Assembly (NCBI GenBank): GCA_973895155.1 | Contig: OZ316893.1 | Coordinates: 15,716,645 to 15,780,644, forward strand | Source: Marsupella aquatica | Lineage: Eukaryota; Plantae; Marchantiophyta | DNA: 64,000 nucleotides | Reading direction: 5' to 3' | Shown: piece after piece, positions 26,722-38,599 of the stretch | How positions within the stretch are numbered: the stretch's first letter is position 1 | Layout of the letters: every line of letters begins with the position of its first letter | Program-made: the position numbers and the translations under genes | Notes under the pieces: model-generated | What the model saw: only the letters and a program-made list of their open reading frames with translations | Told to the model about the DNA's origin: nothing | Database searches by the model: none

Positions 26722-29700
26722 TCACAACGGCGGTAGGCTGCTTTGCTTACGATAGCTTCCAAGGATCTCTGAGGCATTACCCAAATTTTCCTCCGGTTCC
26801 CAAGTACTCTCGGCCTGATCATAGCCAGCCCACTTCACCAAATACTCTAAGATTTTCCTTCCCAACTTGCGTTTGTAATGGTGGTCCAGAATTAATTGCC
26901 TCCACCTCAAACTCCTCAGCGTCCTCCACCAACATGGCGTCCGGACGCAAGACCTGATCCCGGTTGGGATCATCGTCTTTGACAAACTTCTTGAGCCGGC
27001 TAACATGGTAGCTTTTGCCCACACCCATTTCCTTGGGTGTCTCCAACACCATTGAAACCGGATTATCCTTGTGGGCCCATCGTATAATGCGATAGGGCCT
27101 CGCATATCTGGGAGCCAACTTCCTACTTATGTTCCCGTGGTATTGCTCAGGTCTCAACTGCAACCAGACGCTCTCCCCAATTTCAAAGCTTACTTGGTGT
27201 CAATGTTTATCCCCTTGTTCCTTGTACCGACTTTGGGCAAGGGTCATACCCTTGGTAGCCGCTTCCACAACTAGGCGTTGCTCTCGAATAAAATTGTCCG
27301 CAGAAGGAACCTTGCTTTCCTTCCGCCAAGCTTCCGGATTTATAAACCAGGAGGGCGCCCTTCGCCCTTGGCGTCCTCCCTGTGGCCACCACAAACGGCG
27401 CAAACCCCTTCGCCGAATGCTTGGTCGAGTTATACCTAAACTCGGCCATTGTTAAATGCTTTGCCCAATCTTTCTGATTGGCTGTCACAAAGTGACGCAA
27501 GTAGTCCTCCACGATACCATTAACCCGTTCAGTTTGGCCATCTGTTTCGTGATGATACGCTGATCCCCTAGTCAGGTCTGTTCCGGATAACCGGAACAAC
27601 GCCTTCTAGAAATGGCCCGTGAACTTGGTATCGTGATCGGACAGGATATGCAACGGCAATCCCCATTGTCGGAAGACATTGTCAAATACTAGACCGACAA
27701 CCTCTCGGGCCGAAACCATCTTCGTAGTAGGCAAGAAATACGCCATCTTCAAAAAACGATCCACGATTGTTAAGATGGAGTTACTGCCGTGGGACTCAGG
27801 TAATCCAACAATGAAGTCCATGGAGATAGACTCCCATGGAGCCGCAGCTACTGGTAAGGGTTGTAGTAGTCCTCCTTTTGCTCTATAGACCGTTCGGTTC
27901 TTTTGGCACGAGTAACAACTTTGCACGTGTTGCAGGACCGATTGCTTCATGTCCGGCCAATACACATCTCGCGACATGCTGCGATATGTAGCGGCTTGTC
28001 CTCCGTGCCCTCCCCAGGGCGAGTCGTGGTACTTTTGCAGAACCTCTAACCTTAGAGACTCTGGTATGTACACACGCCTCTGCTTGTATCGCCATAACTA
28101 GACATTATGCGTCGTATCCAACCCCAACGATACGTGCCTTACCTTGCCCCGGCTACCCCCATTGCTTTGCCAATCCTTAGCTAACCTGTCACCCCCATAC
28201 GCCGCGGCCAGAACCTTTGGCCACTCGGATTCAAGCATCGTGATCCCATTGACACGATGTTGGTCCTTACGCGATAACACGTCCGCTGCCGTATTTGTCT
28301 TCCCTGGAACGTGGCGGACTTTGAAATCAAAATCCACCAAGAACATCTGCCAGCGCATTTCCTTGGGGTTCAGCCTTGGCTTAGAACTGAAGTACCCGGC
28401 CGACGAGCTATCTGTGTGGATTACCACTTTGGGACCGTTCTTAAGGTAAATCTCCCACTTCTTCAACGCATAGATCACACCATACATTTCCCTTTCTGGC
28501 GTGATCCAATGATTTTCCAACTTACATGACTCGAAGGCCACAGGACGCCCATCTTGGTGAAGACAGGCATCGATGGCATAATCACTTGCGTCTGTCCAAA
28601 TCTCGAACGGCTTCCCCATCTCAGGTAACTTTAGAACCGGTGGCGTTATCATTAACCGCTTAAGTTCTAGGAATGCTAACTCGCAATCCTGTGTCCACAC
28701 AAACACTTTGTTTTTCAACGTTAGCGCATTTAGGGGCCTCGCAATCCTTGCATAGTCTTTCATGTATCTTTGATAGAACCCCGTAAATCCTAAGAAGGCT
28801 CTAACTTGCCTTACATTGGATGGGCGCTCCCATTCTTTGATCTCCTTAAGCTTGTCCTGACTAGGCGTAATCCCATCCGGGGTAAAAGTATGGTCGAGGA
28901 ACTGAATCTCGTTCATCGCAAACTCGCACTTGCTAGTTTTAGCAAACAGATGAGCCTTACGAAGGCGAGAGAACACTTCTCTGAGCAACTGCTCATGCTC
29001 CTCCAATGTTTTTGAGTAGATTAGGATGTCGTCAATAAAGACGACCACTCCTTGGTCCAAAAAGTCATGAAAGATGGTATTCATCATCTTCATGAACATT
29101 GCGGTTGCATTACACAACCCGAGCGACATAACCAAAAACTCATACCTGGATCCAAACCTTGTGCGCATCGCGGTCTTATACTCGTCTCCCTTAGCCATGC
29201 GGATCTGGTAATACCCAGACCGCAAGTCCACCTTTGAAAACTTCTTAGCCCCGGAGAGGCAATCAAAGAGGTCATCCATATGAGGTAACGGGTACTTGTT
29301 CTTTACCGTCTGCTTATTGAGGGCCCGGTAATCTGCGCACAATCTCAAAGTACCATCCTTTTTGGACACAAACAGTGCGGGCGCCCCATAAGGACTTTTA
29401 CTAGGGCGAATGAACCCTTGGTCGATCAACTCTTCCAAGGCGTTCTTCAACATCATTTGCTCATTCAGGTTCAGACGATAAGGAGCTTTAGCCTGAGGAG
29501 CCAAACCTGGCTCCAACTCAACTTGGTGATCCACTTCTCTCCGCGGGGGTAAACCTTTAGGTAGCTTCTGCGAGAGCACATCATTGAATTCCTCTAAAAT
29601 TTCAGGAATTCGACCGTAGTCAGGCCCGACCTTAGCTGACTTGACCTTTGGTTGCGACGCAGCCTCCTTAGTTGGGTGGAGAAGAAAGAAGAAACAATCA

Positions 29701-30794
29701 TGTCCACCCTTGAAGTCTTTCCACCATTGCTTCGCCGATACGCACGGAGACATCCACGACACTTTACTTACTTTAAGAAATCTTTCTTTATTTTCGGGAA
29801 TTTTGTGTACAACGATGGGCTCACCGCCCTTATTGGGAAAATGGAGCACCTCACCCCCTGGTTTCAAGGTAACATTGTGCTTTTTGAGATAACCTACCGA
29901 CAAAATGAAGTCTACGGCTAGACCATCTAGAACGTAGAACATTTCCTCACTAACAAAATTTTGTTGTTCGCCTATGACCTCTACCCAAAGTCTACGCACT
30001 ACTCTTGACACTATCACCTTCGTGTCGTTGGCGAACTTGCACACTAACGGTTGTAACATCTCTTGCACGTCCACCCCAAGACGAGCTGCCGCCTGCCCAC
30101 TTATGAAGCAGGCGGTCGCGCCTGTATCCACCAAGGCAACACCCAAATTACCGTTAGAAGTGACATTCACAAAAATCAGTTTTTCAGGATCCATTGTCTT
30201 AATTGTAGGTATCTTCTCTCGCAACAACACCCTCTCTCCGTCAGGGACATCCCCTACAAGGACCTTGTTAGCTACTAAGGGTTCGGTTAGAGCGATACTT
30301 ACCTTAATGCTCTTCTGCCCTCCACCATCTCCGTTTGGCTTGCCACCTTTCGTGGAACAATCCTTACTTTGATGGCCCATGGCGCCACATGTGAAGCACG
30401 AACCTTCAGCCCGCCTCTGCTCCATGGTCGCCTGCTTCTTTGCTTTCTGTGCCGATGAGGCTCCTTTCTTAAAGTTGTTGGCCTTCCGGTTTTGCTTAGC
30501 TTTTCCATTCTGGGGCTGGGGATACGAACCACCAGCCCCCGCCCCCTCAGGTTGCTTCCGCTTATTCCCGGGACCTTTTTCTTTCCCAGCTTCCCCCTCG
30601 GATCCCTTGCCACCCACCTTCGCCAAGTCCGGTCGGTTATTCACCAACGTAGTGGCCTTGTTGAAGGCGTCAGAAAGCGTTTTGAACTCATGACGCTTTT
30701 CCTGCAACTTTTCCCTGAGCAACGGCGGGAGCTTCACGATAAAGTTGTGAAGCTGTGTATGTAGGGTCTCTTGTCCCGCCGGGATACACGCCAA
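26722..30794 (-). pseudogene. pol: Chromovirus gag C-terminus/pol: zinc knuckle, protease, RT, RNase H, integrase, chromodomain (stops and frameshifts in the integrase)
   Basis: CFTCGAMGHQSKDC, LVDTGAT, FIDDILIYS, WTDAS, HDSPWGGH...CYSCQ, SMDFI, ILSDHD, DGQTER, EYLVKWAGYDQAESTWEPEENL. Confidence 0.95.
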
Positions 30795-31860
30795 CTGATT
30801 CTAGTAATAAGTGATGAACTTTTGGATATCACCCCTGAAACTCATCTCCGTTACACATTTCTGAGCGTGCCGCTCCGGGTACTTAGTGGTGACATGAGCA
30901 TGGAGACCCTCAACCAGGTTTTCCCAAGTTAACGGCAAGGAGGAGTCCTCTCACGACTTCTTCCATGACTTGTACCAAGTCAAGGCATAGTCCTTCAGGT
31001 TAGGAGTGGCTGCGGTAGCCCAAGTGGAACGCTCAACACACGCTTGGAGATGAATCTCCATCGTGGAGAGCCAACTTAGGAACTTTTGTCCACTTTGCTC
31101 GTAGGCCCCGTCGTAAGTTGGAGGAGTCAGTAGCTGGTTCACTTGGAACATACTCCGTCCAACTACCATTCCCCCCTCGGGACGCGATGCACTCTGACTA
31201 CCCAGACTAAGTAAGTACTTAATCTGGGCCCCCTTGTTGTGTTCCAACTGCTCATAGATGAGTCGTTGGTCTTGAGTCAACGGACCCAGACCGTCGTCAG
31301 CGGCTGGGCCCTTGCGGGTTTTATGAGGACGGTCCTCCAACCGTCTTTCCTTTGCGGGCCGCCTGTCCTTAGGTTCTCTTGTGGATTTTGGTGACACCCC
31401 CTGTGTCTTGCGAGCACCATGACCTCCCGGGACTGAGGTATCACCCGCGTCATCCTGGTTCTGCTTGGTCAAATTATCCACGATGATGTCTGGCTTGGCA
31501 TCATCCTCTGGTACCGCGTTCAACCCTCTCAAGGTTGGGATCAGTTCCTTTTCCGGGTCCTAACCCTCTTCCTTTGTCTCAGCTTTGACAGTGTTGTCGT
31601 TGTGTGGTTGCGTCGGAGTTGTCGTCATCCGACCCATCCTCTGAAGGATCAGCCGCCTCCTTCCCTTTAAGTTGACGGTGCTCTGCACTTGACTTGTTTG
31701 CCGCAGCGGTTGACGGTTTGGCCGTTGCGTCTTCTTTGTCTTGCTTATAACGTTCGTCGAGGGAAGTTGACCCATCCTCCTTCTGTTCATCGTGAACTTG
31801 GGCTCTCCCCTTGGTGGGGGGAGCTTGCTTGCCACTCTTTGCACGAGTGTTTCTTGCCAT
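30795..31860 (-). pseudogene. gag: Chromovirus gag N-terminal/capsid region (broken)
   Basis: MARNTRAKS... start at 31860; PPTYDG...FLSWL..ME...LKDYALTWY capsid motif; in-frame stops and frameshift. Confidence 0.8.
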
Positions 31861-31991
31861 GTCCCCAGCGACCGAATCTACTCGCAGTCAACCCGCCGGG
31901 CACGTTGAAGCACTAAGTCCCCGCAAAAATCTGTTAAGATTTTTGGATTCCGACTTAGCACAACCCCGGCCCGCTGTCTATGCCAACAATC

Positions 31992-32000
31992 GCTCTGATA
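31992..32000 (-). promoter_or_regulatory. Partial tRNA-iMet primer binding site TATCAGAGC
   Basis: Minus strand reads LTR end ...CCACCACT|TGTCA TATCAGAGC; the canonical plant PBS is TGGTATCAGAGC. Confidence 0.6.
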
Positions 32001-32005
32001 TGACA

Positions 32006-33493
32006 AGTGGTGGACCTAGCCACCCAGCGCCCTCACCAATCCCAGCACTTGCGCCTAAGTGCCCTTGGTGCCCAAATGCCTCCACGGAATATCTCGAGCA
32101 AGCATCCAAGTGCCCCTAGCACCACCAGCGGCCACTCCCATATGAAACCGCACTTGCTTACCTACACGACCACTACTCAACGGTCCTGATTGTCTGCACA
32201 AACAACCAAGCACCTCGGTAAGTAACCCCTCTGGATCTAGAACTTGCCAAGTCTAGCATCCTAACTCAAGCTCAACAGACGTTGGTAAATAGGTCAGCGA
32301 TAGGTCCTCCCGATGCCATAAGCCGGAACCAGAACCCACGCCCACTATCCGTCCAGGACAGCTCCTTCCTTGGGCGCGGCCCGGGTTCCCCCTTGTACCT
32401 ATCCATCACCAACTGACCGCCCTGACCTCAGGACATGCTCATGGCCCAATTAGCGTAGCTTGTCCTAAAGCTTGTCCCGAGCTTGTCTCAACACGCCGGG
32501 ACCAGAATGGCCCCGACTCTAACAACCGCTCCCGGTTTGCCCCACTGATGGTCTAGGACCGAGCGCCCTTGAGACTCAGCCTCCATACCTACTTGGCCTT
32601 GCCTCCCTAACGCAAGCTCCCTTGGGAGGCTGAACACGGCTTGGCTGCTGTTCGGCAGGATTTGGCAAGCGGGCGAGCTAACACCCGCAAACCATGAGCA
32701 CCCATGGCACCCCCAGACCCATCTGAGCTCGAGAGGGCATAGTCCTCTTCAAGATTTTTCCAACGAACCCAAGAAGTCCTCCAACGGACTTCCCGTTGGG
32801 AAGATATCGCCATTTCCGTTTGGCGGTTTCCCTTAGTGTCGCGACCACCGCGGCTCACGACTTTGGCCCGCCCTTAGCCCCCAGGGAGACACCACTCCCC
32901 TCATATATGCTTCTGGGGACCTGCCACCCCCGGACCAGCTTTGGTCCCTAAACATTTGGCCCCCAACCCGGATCCCATCGCGCATAATGGCCACCAACTG
33001 GCAACGCCCATAACTTTCTTGATAGGCATCCGCAAGCGGAGTGCCTTAGCCCGTTGTGACCGGGCTGACCCAATGCTCATGCCTAGGCCCTCAGGTCTGA
33101 TCGCCGCTCGGGACCCCCAACCGGCCCAACCCGGATCGGGCCACAACTCGCGCCCCAAGCGTCCATTGCCAATGACATCAACTCCATTGGCCTTGGGCCC
33201 AAGAGGAGCTCACTCACAAGCCCTCAGAACTCAAAGCCCATCCGATGGTCCGTACGGCCACCCTTGAGCCCGGCCCATTTCCCCTTGACCCAACCAGCCA
33301 TAGGCTAGTCCAAGTCCTTAGTGTGTGTCCCTAGCTTGGCCCCTTGCCTCGCTAGTGTCACGTCTCATTGCCCACAAGTCTCCCCATGCTAAGTCCTCCC
33401 CGGATGGCCTATCCGGGCCTGGACCATAAGGGAGCTCGGCGTTGGAGTCAGCGACGTCGGAGCTAAGTGTTAAGGTAGTCGAGTTCCGCGACT
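32006..33493 (-). repeat. 5' LTR of the chromovirus
   Basis: Direct repeat of 24791-26283 with scattered substitutions and small indels; termini AGT...ACT. Confidence 0.93.
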
Positions 33494-35422
33494 GCTGCCA
33501 AGGAGATGACCAACATAGAATGAAAGGCTGATTTTTACATGTTATTTGATATAAGAGGACTTGGTCTGCATTTTCAAGCACCCACAATTTGGTACCTTGT
33601 GCTTCATCACAACAATAGTCCGGTTGTCGCCTTCGCATTGAATCCCTCACAGTCTGCACATCTGGGGGAGTAAGCTGCATGTCCCTAGACATGATCACAT
33701 TGGCATCCTCATATGGGTGGTCTTTACGCCATCTTGTCAAAATCTCTTCAAGTGGGCATCAACAATCGTTCAAGCTGTCAACCCTGCCCTTAGATATCGT
33801 TCAATTTTGGTGCGTAGCTTCAGGGAAATCCTGGGGGCAATGTGTGCATTAGCTTCAAAGGCACTCGAATCGTGGAGGCCGTGACAAAGTTGATTCTGCC
33901 TGTCCAAATGATCGTTGCAGATCCATTTTATGAGTACAGCCCCTAGCCGGTCCTCATATTTTGTGGAAGTAAATGAACATCTGCAACCGCAACGTACAGA
34001 CATTTCTACAGGGAAAGCATGGTGGTGCACACACAAAATTCAGATTGGAGAACATGCTAAAGAAGCCAAGCATGAACCGAGGCATTGAACTACAAAAATT
34101 CACTCAAAAGAGGTACAGTGAAATGCAAAACTGACTGTCACCTGTTATGGTTTTTCTCTTCAAAAAGATACCTACATCTTTAGATTTCAGATTCTCAGGC
34201 ACTCTGTTGGATTTCCACCCTTTGTAATCTTTTGGGCCGAAGCAACTACAGTATAAGGTTGTGGTCTTTACCAGCGGACCAGTCTTGTGGATTCGATTTT
34301 GTACTATGTGTCGAGTGGTGAACTCAATATGGAAATTCTCGCGCATATTCTTTCCCATATGAAATCCTGTAGCCTACCCTCTGGAATCCAAGCATAATCC
34401 TTTTTTGATCCAAACCACTCCAAAGCCGTGTATTCAAATTCTCCAGGAGGAGGTATCTGAACTTTGTTGCATCTAGAATAGTCACTATGGCTTCTACGTA
34501 TCGATGTAGTTTGCAGTGGCCTGTCCTCATTCTCAAGCACTCGATCATCATCAAAGAGTCAGGTCAAGCACATGGCGCTGAATGCCATCCAATGCATGTG
34601 CTCCATCCTCTGTCGCTGGAGTCGCCAACAATTCACGTGGTTCAGTTATTGCTTCATCCAGAGCGTCCACTCGCGGAAATATTGATCCATCCTTGAATGT
34701 GGGAAAGGTCTGTTGCAAAAAAGCGTTGGACATGGGCACAGGCCGAGTGTGGGGAGAATTCGCAGCATTGCAGGCGGATTCCAAGTGTGCAAGTTCAGAC
34801 ACACATTTCGTAGACATGACACCAAGATTACACCAAAGATTAGGACTGCCTTACAGCACGCGAATTGTGGCACACATGAATGACGAACTCCTAAATGACA
34901 ACATTCCATTCCATTCGTCATTCACACAGTGTGCCAGGGAATGGAATGAACAGGACTAACATTCCCTTAATGGAATTTCTGCAGAACTCACGCGTTTATC
35001 TGTGCCAATTCCATCCTGCTCAAAAAGGTATTTACATTTGAATCCGTATATACACAGCAATGTCATGTCTCCATAAGTAAAGTAGCATTGTATTTGTATA
35101 CAAACTCACCGGGGGACGGGGTCCAAGGTAGCGGCCCGACAATGGCCGGCTCGGCGGCTTGGCCGGTGAGGCAATAGTGGGCCCGGGTCCGGTGGCAGGG
35201 AAATAGAATAGGGGCAGCCCGGTGGTGCCAAACGGGACTCCCTCCCCAAACCCACGCAGCACAAAGGTCACGCTGCCCAAATCCCTTGGCAGACGGTCAC
35301 CGATGACTGCGATCCTGTAAACGTGCTGCCTTACTGTAAGCCCTCCAGATCGATGCATTAATAACATATGCCATGAATAACATACAGGAGACTGGTCTTC
35401 CCTCCTCTCGGTCAGCCCAAGT

Positions 35423-35572
35423 TTAGAGGAATGATATTGAATAAATATGTGACAAGCGCACTAACTCTCAACTTAGAGGAATGATATTGAATAAATATGT
35501 GACAAGCGCACTAACTCTCAACTTAGAGGAATGATATTGAATAAATATGTGACAAGCGCACTAACTGTCAAC
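35423..35572. repeat. Tandem repeat, 3 x 50 bp
   Basis: TTAGAGGAATGATATTGAATAAATATGTGACAAGCGCACTAACTCTCAAC at 35423, 35473 and 35523 (one substitution in the third). Confidence 0.95.
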
Positions 35573-36290
35573 AGAGTAACGACCTCAGAAAGACAGTTAC
35601 GGAACCACAAATTAGGCCGACAGCCCGCTAAGAGAGAGGTACTTTACTACTTTGCTGTTAGGCCTGAGGAGTACTCCACTATCCCCAGATTATTAGAGTC
35701 CTATTCCTCCCAATACTTTTGTTTGTTTGTTAGATATAAACTGAATTATGTTATCCGCAAGCTTGTATTAGTTTTGCCCAAGCCACCAAAGGCTTTCTCA
35801 CTCGAACCTTAAAATTGTAACCCAAAAGAAATTTGCTTTTTCACTTCAAATAAAGAAATCATCGAGCTCAAGATATCAAGATATGTGAAGGTGAATAATT
35901 GCACGGAAGTGGATGTCAATAGTTGTGTTATGATTACCTAGGCGAGCACGGTCCTGCAGCAGACCACGTGCAACAGCTGTGCTGATTGGGCCAGAGTTTC
36001 ATTAAAGCACAATGATGAGGATGGGAATCATGTGACATTTCTGTACTTTGCCTGAACATTGGTGAGCGAGTAGAACGAACGGATGAACATCATTCTGTGA
36101 TGCGATGAGAATAGAAAAGTTGGGAATGCGATGAGGTGCGATACCGTAAACCTTTACGAGAACATGCATAGAGCATTGCACGGAGGCAATTTCTCCAGTA
36201 TCGACTGCAAGAGTAGCTGTGTCAGGCCCACACGGCCCACTTGCCTTTTCTAGCCATGCATGCATGCAGTCTAATAAGACTACGTTTACG

Positions 36291-36393
36291 GTTTCAATCT
36301 AGATAGCTTTATTGTCCAACTACAAACCACCGGGACTCCAACAAATGAGTGTCTTGGTTTGTGTTTTGACAATAAAGCTATCTAGATTGAAAC
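36291..36393. repeat. 103-bp foldback with a 26-bp perfect stem (MITE-like)
   Basis: GTTTCAATCTAGATAGCTTTATTGTC (36291-36316) pairs with GACAATAAAGCTATCTAGATTGAAAC (36368-36393). A degenerate related arm lies near 36572. Confidence 0.8.
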
Positions 36394-38395
36394 ATCATAT
36401 CTTCCACTGTAAACAATCACTAGCAATATAAAATGGGGAAATGTTCAAGATTTTTCCTTTTTTCCCTTTCTTTTTATTTTTCTCTTCTCCCTTTCCATAT
36501 TGCTTCACAAATTCAGGAAAAGATATTATTTATGGTGTAACCAGGTTCTTGTCATTGCTACTGGTGATTTAAATCTAGTTAGCTTTATTCTCAAAACACA
36601 AAACAAATACACTCGTATGTTAGCGCCCCATAATTAGAAATCAAAATGTGACAATATATAGGATTTACAATAATAACCATTCAGCTATTTCAATATAGTA
36701 ATAGTTAACTTATCATGGTATGTAATGACATGTATACAATATAGTGTTACATGTTGATGTGCAATTATAGGGAGGCCATTTGTTGGTGTGGGTTTGTGTA
36801 CCAAAATACCCTGTCTTAGAAGTTTTGCAAGAATGAGCAAACGGGCAATAGTACTTTTCCCATACCCAATCCAGTATATCACTTTCAACCTAAAATGGGC
36901 TTCCAGGCCTATTAATTGGTGAAATAATGCAATCAATGCATTCCAAGAGATCATGGGGACATAAGGTTATACCACCTCTGGAATTGCCACCTGCATTAAA
37001 TATATCCCAACTTAATGCCCTCCACCATTTCAGGCACAATTTCAGGCTAAATAGAAACCAAATACCATAATCGAAAGGGATGACAGCAGTCCCAGCCCGT
37101 GTGCTGCCTGATTGACTTTGGTTTGTGTTCTGGCTCCTTCACTTTTTGTCTGCCTCTTTCACTTTTTGTCGCTCCCATTTTCACCCCCAAGTTAGGTAGG
37201 TCAATTAGTCAGTAGACCCCTTGATGATCCAAGGAATGGGTGTCTGATCAAGAACAAAGAACAAAGAACTTCTTGATCTAAAATTACTCTAGGAATTAAA
37301 TGATCTAAGCAACATTCTCTACCACGGAAATATGCTTATGTTAGTCCAAGGTCTAGGTCAATGTCTTGGGTTTGCCACCAGGATCATGATTTGGATGGCT
37401 TATTGGAATCAACACTTCAGCAGGTGTAGAGGTAGTCTGATTTGTTATTGTCGACGTTGGAATGGTTCCTTGTGAAGCTCTATAACCATTTCATTACTTT
37501 AATTGAAAGTTTCAAGGGAACGACATGTGCACTTTTTACCCGGTTCAATTTGCAAAACACGACCAAATCTATCCTGGGCTCAGAGGTTGGGTATTGAATG
37601 CCATGTCCTGAGGTGTGTCCACAACCTTCATGTCCACCCCTTGGTTACACAAATTCAACGATTGCCCATGACCAGAGGACACAGAACCACAGATTTCAAA
37701 GAAGCTTTATAATACTCTGGGGGATTGAATTACCAAAACAAGAACTGTCAACAAGGCTACTTGTTTGCGACCAGCCTGCCATTTTGCTCCCTCAATGTGA
37801 TCATCCGCTATCATACTGTCCGTTTGTGTGATAAACACTGAATTGATCTCGAGGAAGGCTGTTTGTCACAATTCCAGCATTAATTCATCAAATCAGCCTT
37901 TGATTACTGCCACTTCTGTTATTGCTGCCAGACTAGCCATAGATCGAGAAAAGCTGGAGAGACATACCAGTTCATTCAATCATCTTCAAAATTGAAAACA
38001 CCACCACCTGCAAGGGCCCTTCCCCTCTCCACGGTTGACAGTGTGCTTCTCTGGCTAAACCCCTATCTCAGCAATACCCTCCACATTTACTGCTCCACAG
38101 CCTCTGCATTTCAGGAGTCTCAAAAGAGTTTCCCTGACAATTAAGAACACAATGCCGCAATGCTCTCCCTCTCTTCAGCTCCTTCTCTCTGAAAATACGA
38201 CCACTCCGCAACCTCCCTTCCTTCCGTTCACAAAGATCGAGCAATAGATAACTCAAAATGACAATGTAGCTGACGTCGTCCGTTAGTTTTGTCTCTCTTC
38301 TCACCCGGGAGGAAATGCCGGCCATACTGCAATACCACGTCCCGGCCTGAGAAAGCTTCTTGGACGATTGAATCACATGTTAAAATCGTGATGTT

Positions 38396-38599
38396 CACCC
38401 CCTGGGCCCTCAGTCTTAACTAATACGTGGAGGACGTGCGAATGAAGGGTAGTTTTTATTCATTTTGAACTAATAATAATAATTATTATTGCTAATAAGG
38501 GAACTTTTAATGGTAAAATGGAAATAACAAGGGGTAAACACAAAAATGGCCCGATCGTAGGGGGTCCACTTCTTTTACATGGAGTGAGGGCCCAGGGTG
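38396..38599. mobile_element. ~200-bp MITE-like element
   Basis: Inverted ends CCCTGGGCCCTCA / TGAGGGCCCAGGG with an AT-rich interior. A related inverted partial copy lies at ~60640-60736. No clear TSD. Confidence 0.5.

Larger units (their letters stand above)
24791..33493 (-). mobile_element. Full-length Ty3/gypsy chromovirus (Tcn1-like), 8.7 kb, 5-bp TSD GCTGC
   Basis: GCTGC at 24786-24790 and 33494-33498; removal restores the host transposase frame. Two ~1.49-kb LTRs; domain order gag-PR-RT-RH-INT-chromodomain. Confidence 0.95.
22499..34817 (-). pseudogene. Second MULE/SWIM transposase (multi-exon), interrupted by the chromovirus
   Basis: RCGCRCSF..C.DH zinc finger (33770-34036). SSPWQQ|KKLSLLGHDGPVAFDATFGTN is restored across the insertion. 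WIIDVADEE, FCTWHV.RAW, TNGGIKRWH..LK, SWIM CECTCG. Element ends not found. Confidence 0.8.

Noticed and set aside
28144-30764. Plus-strand ORFs over the chromovirus pol, and similar antisense ORFs over other elements
   Set aside because: They are shadow ORFs opposite real coding frames, with no recognisable motifs.
35423-35572. Three near-identical repeats as a CRISPR array
   Set aside because: They are head-to-tail 50-bp units with no spacers, there are no cas genes, and the context is eukaryotic.
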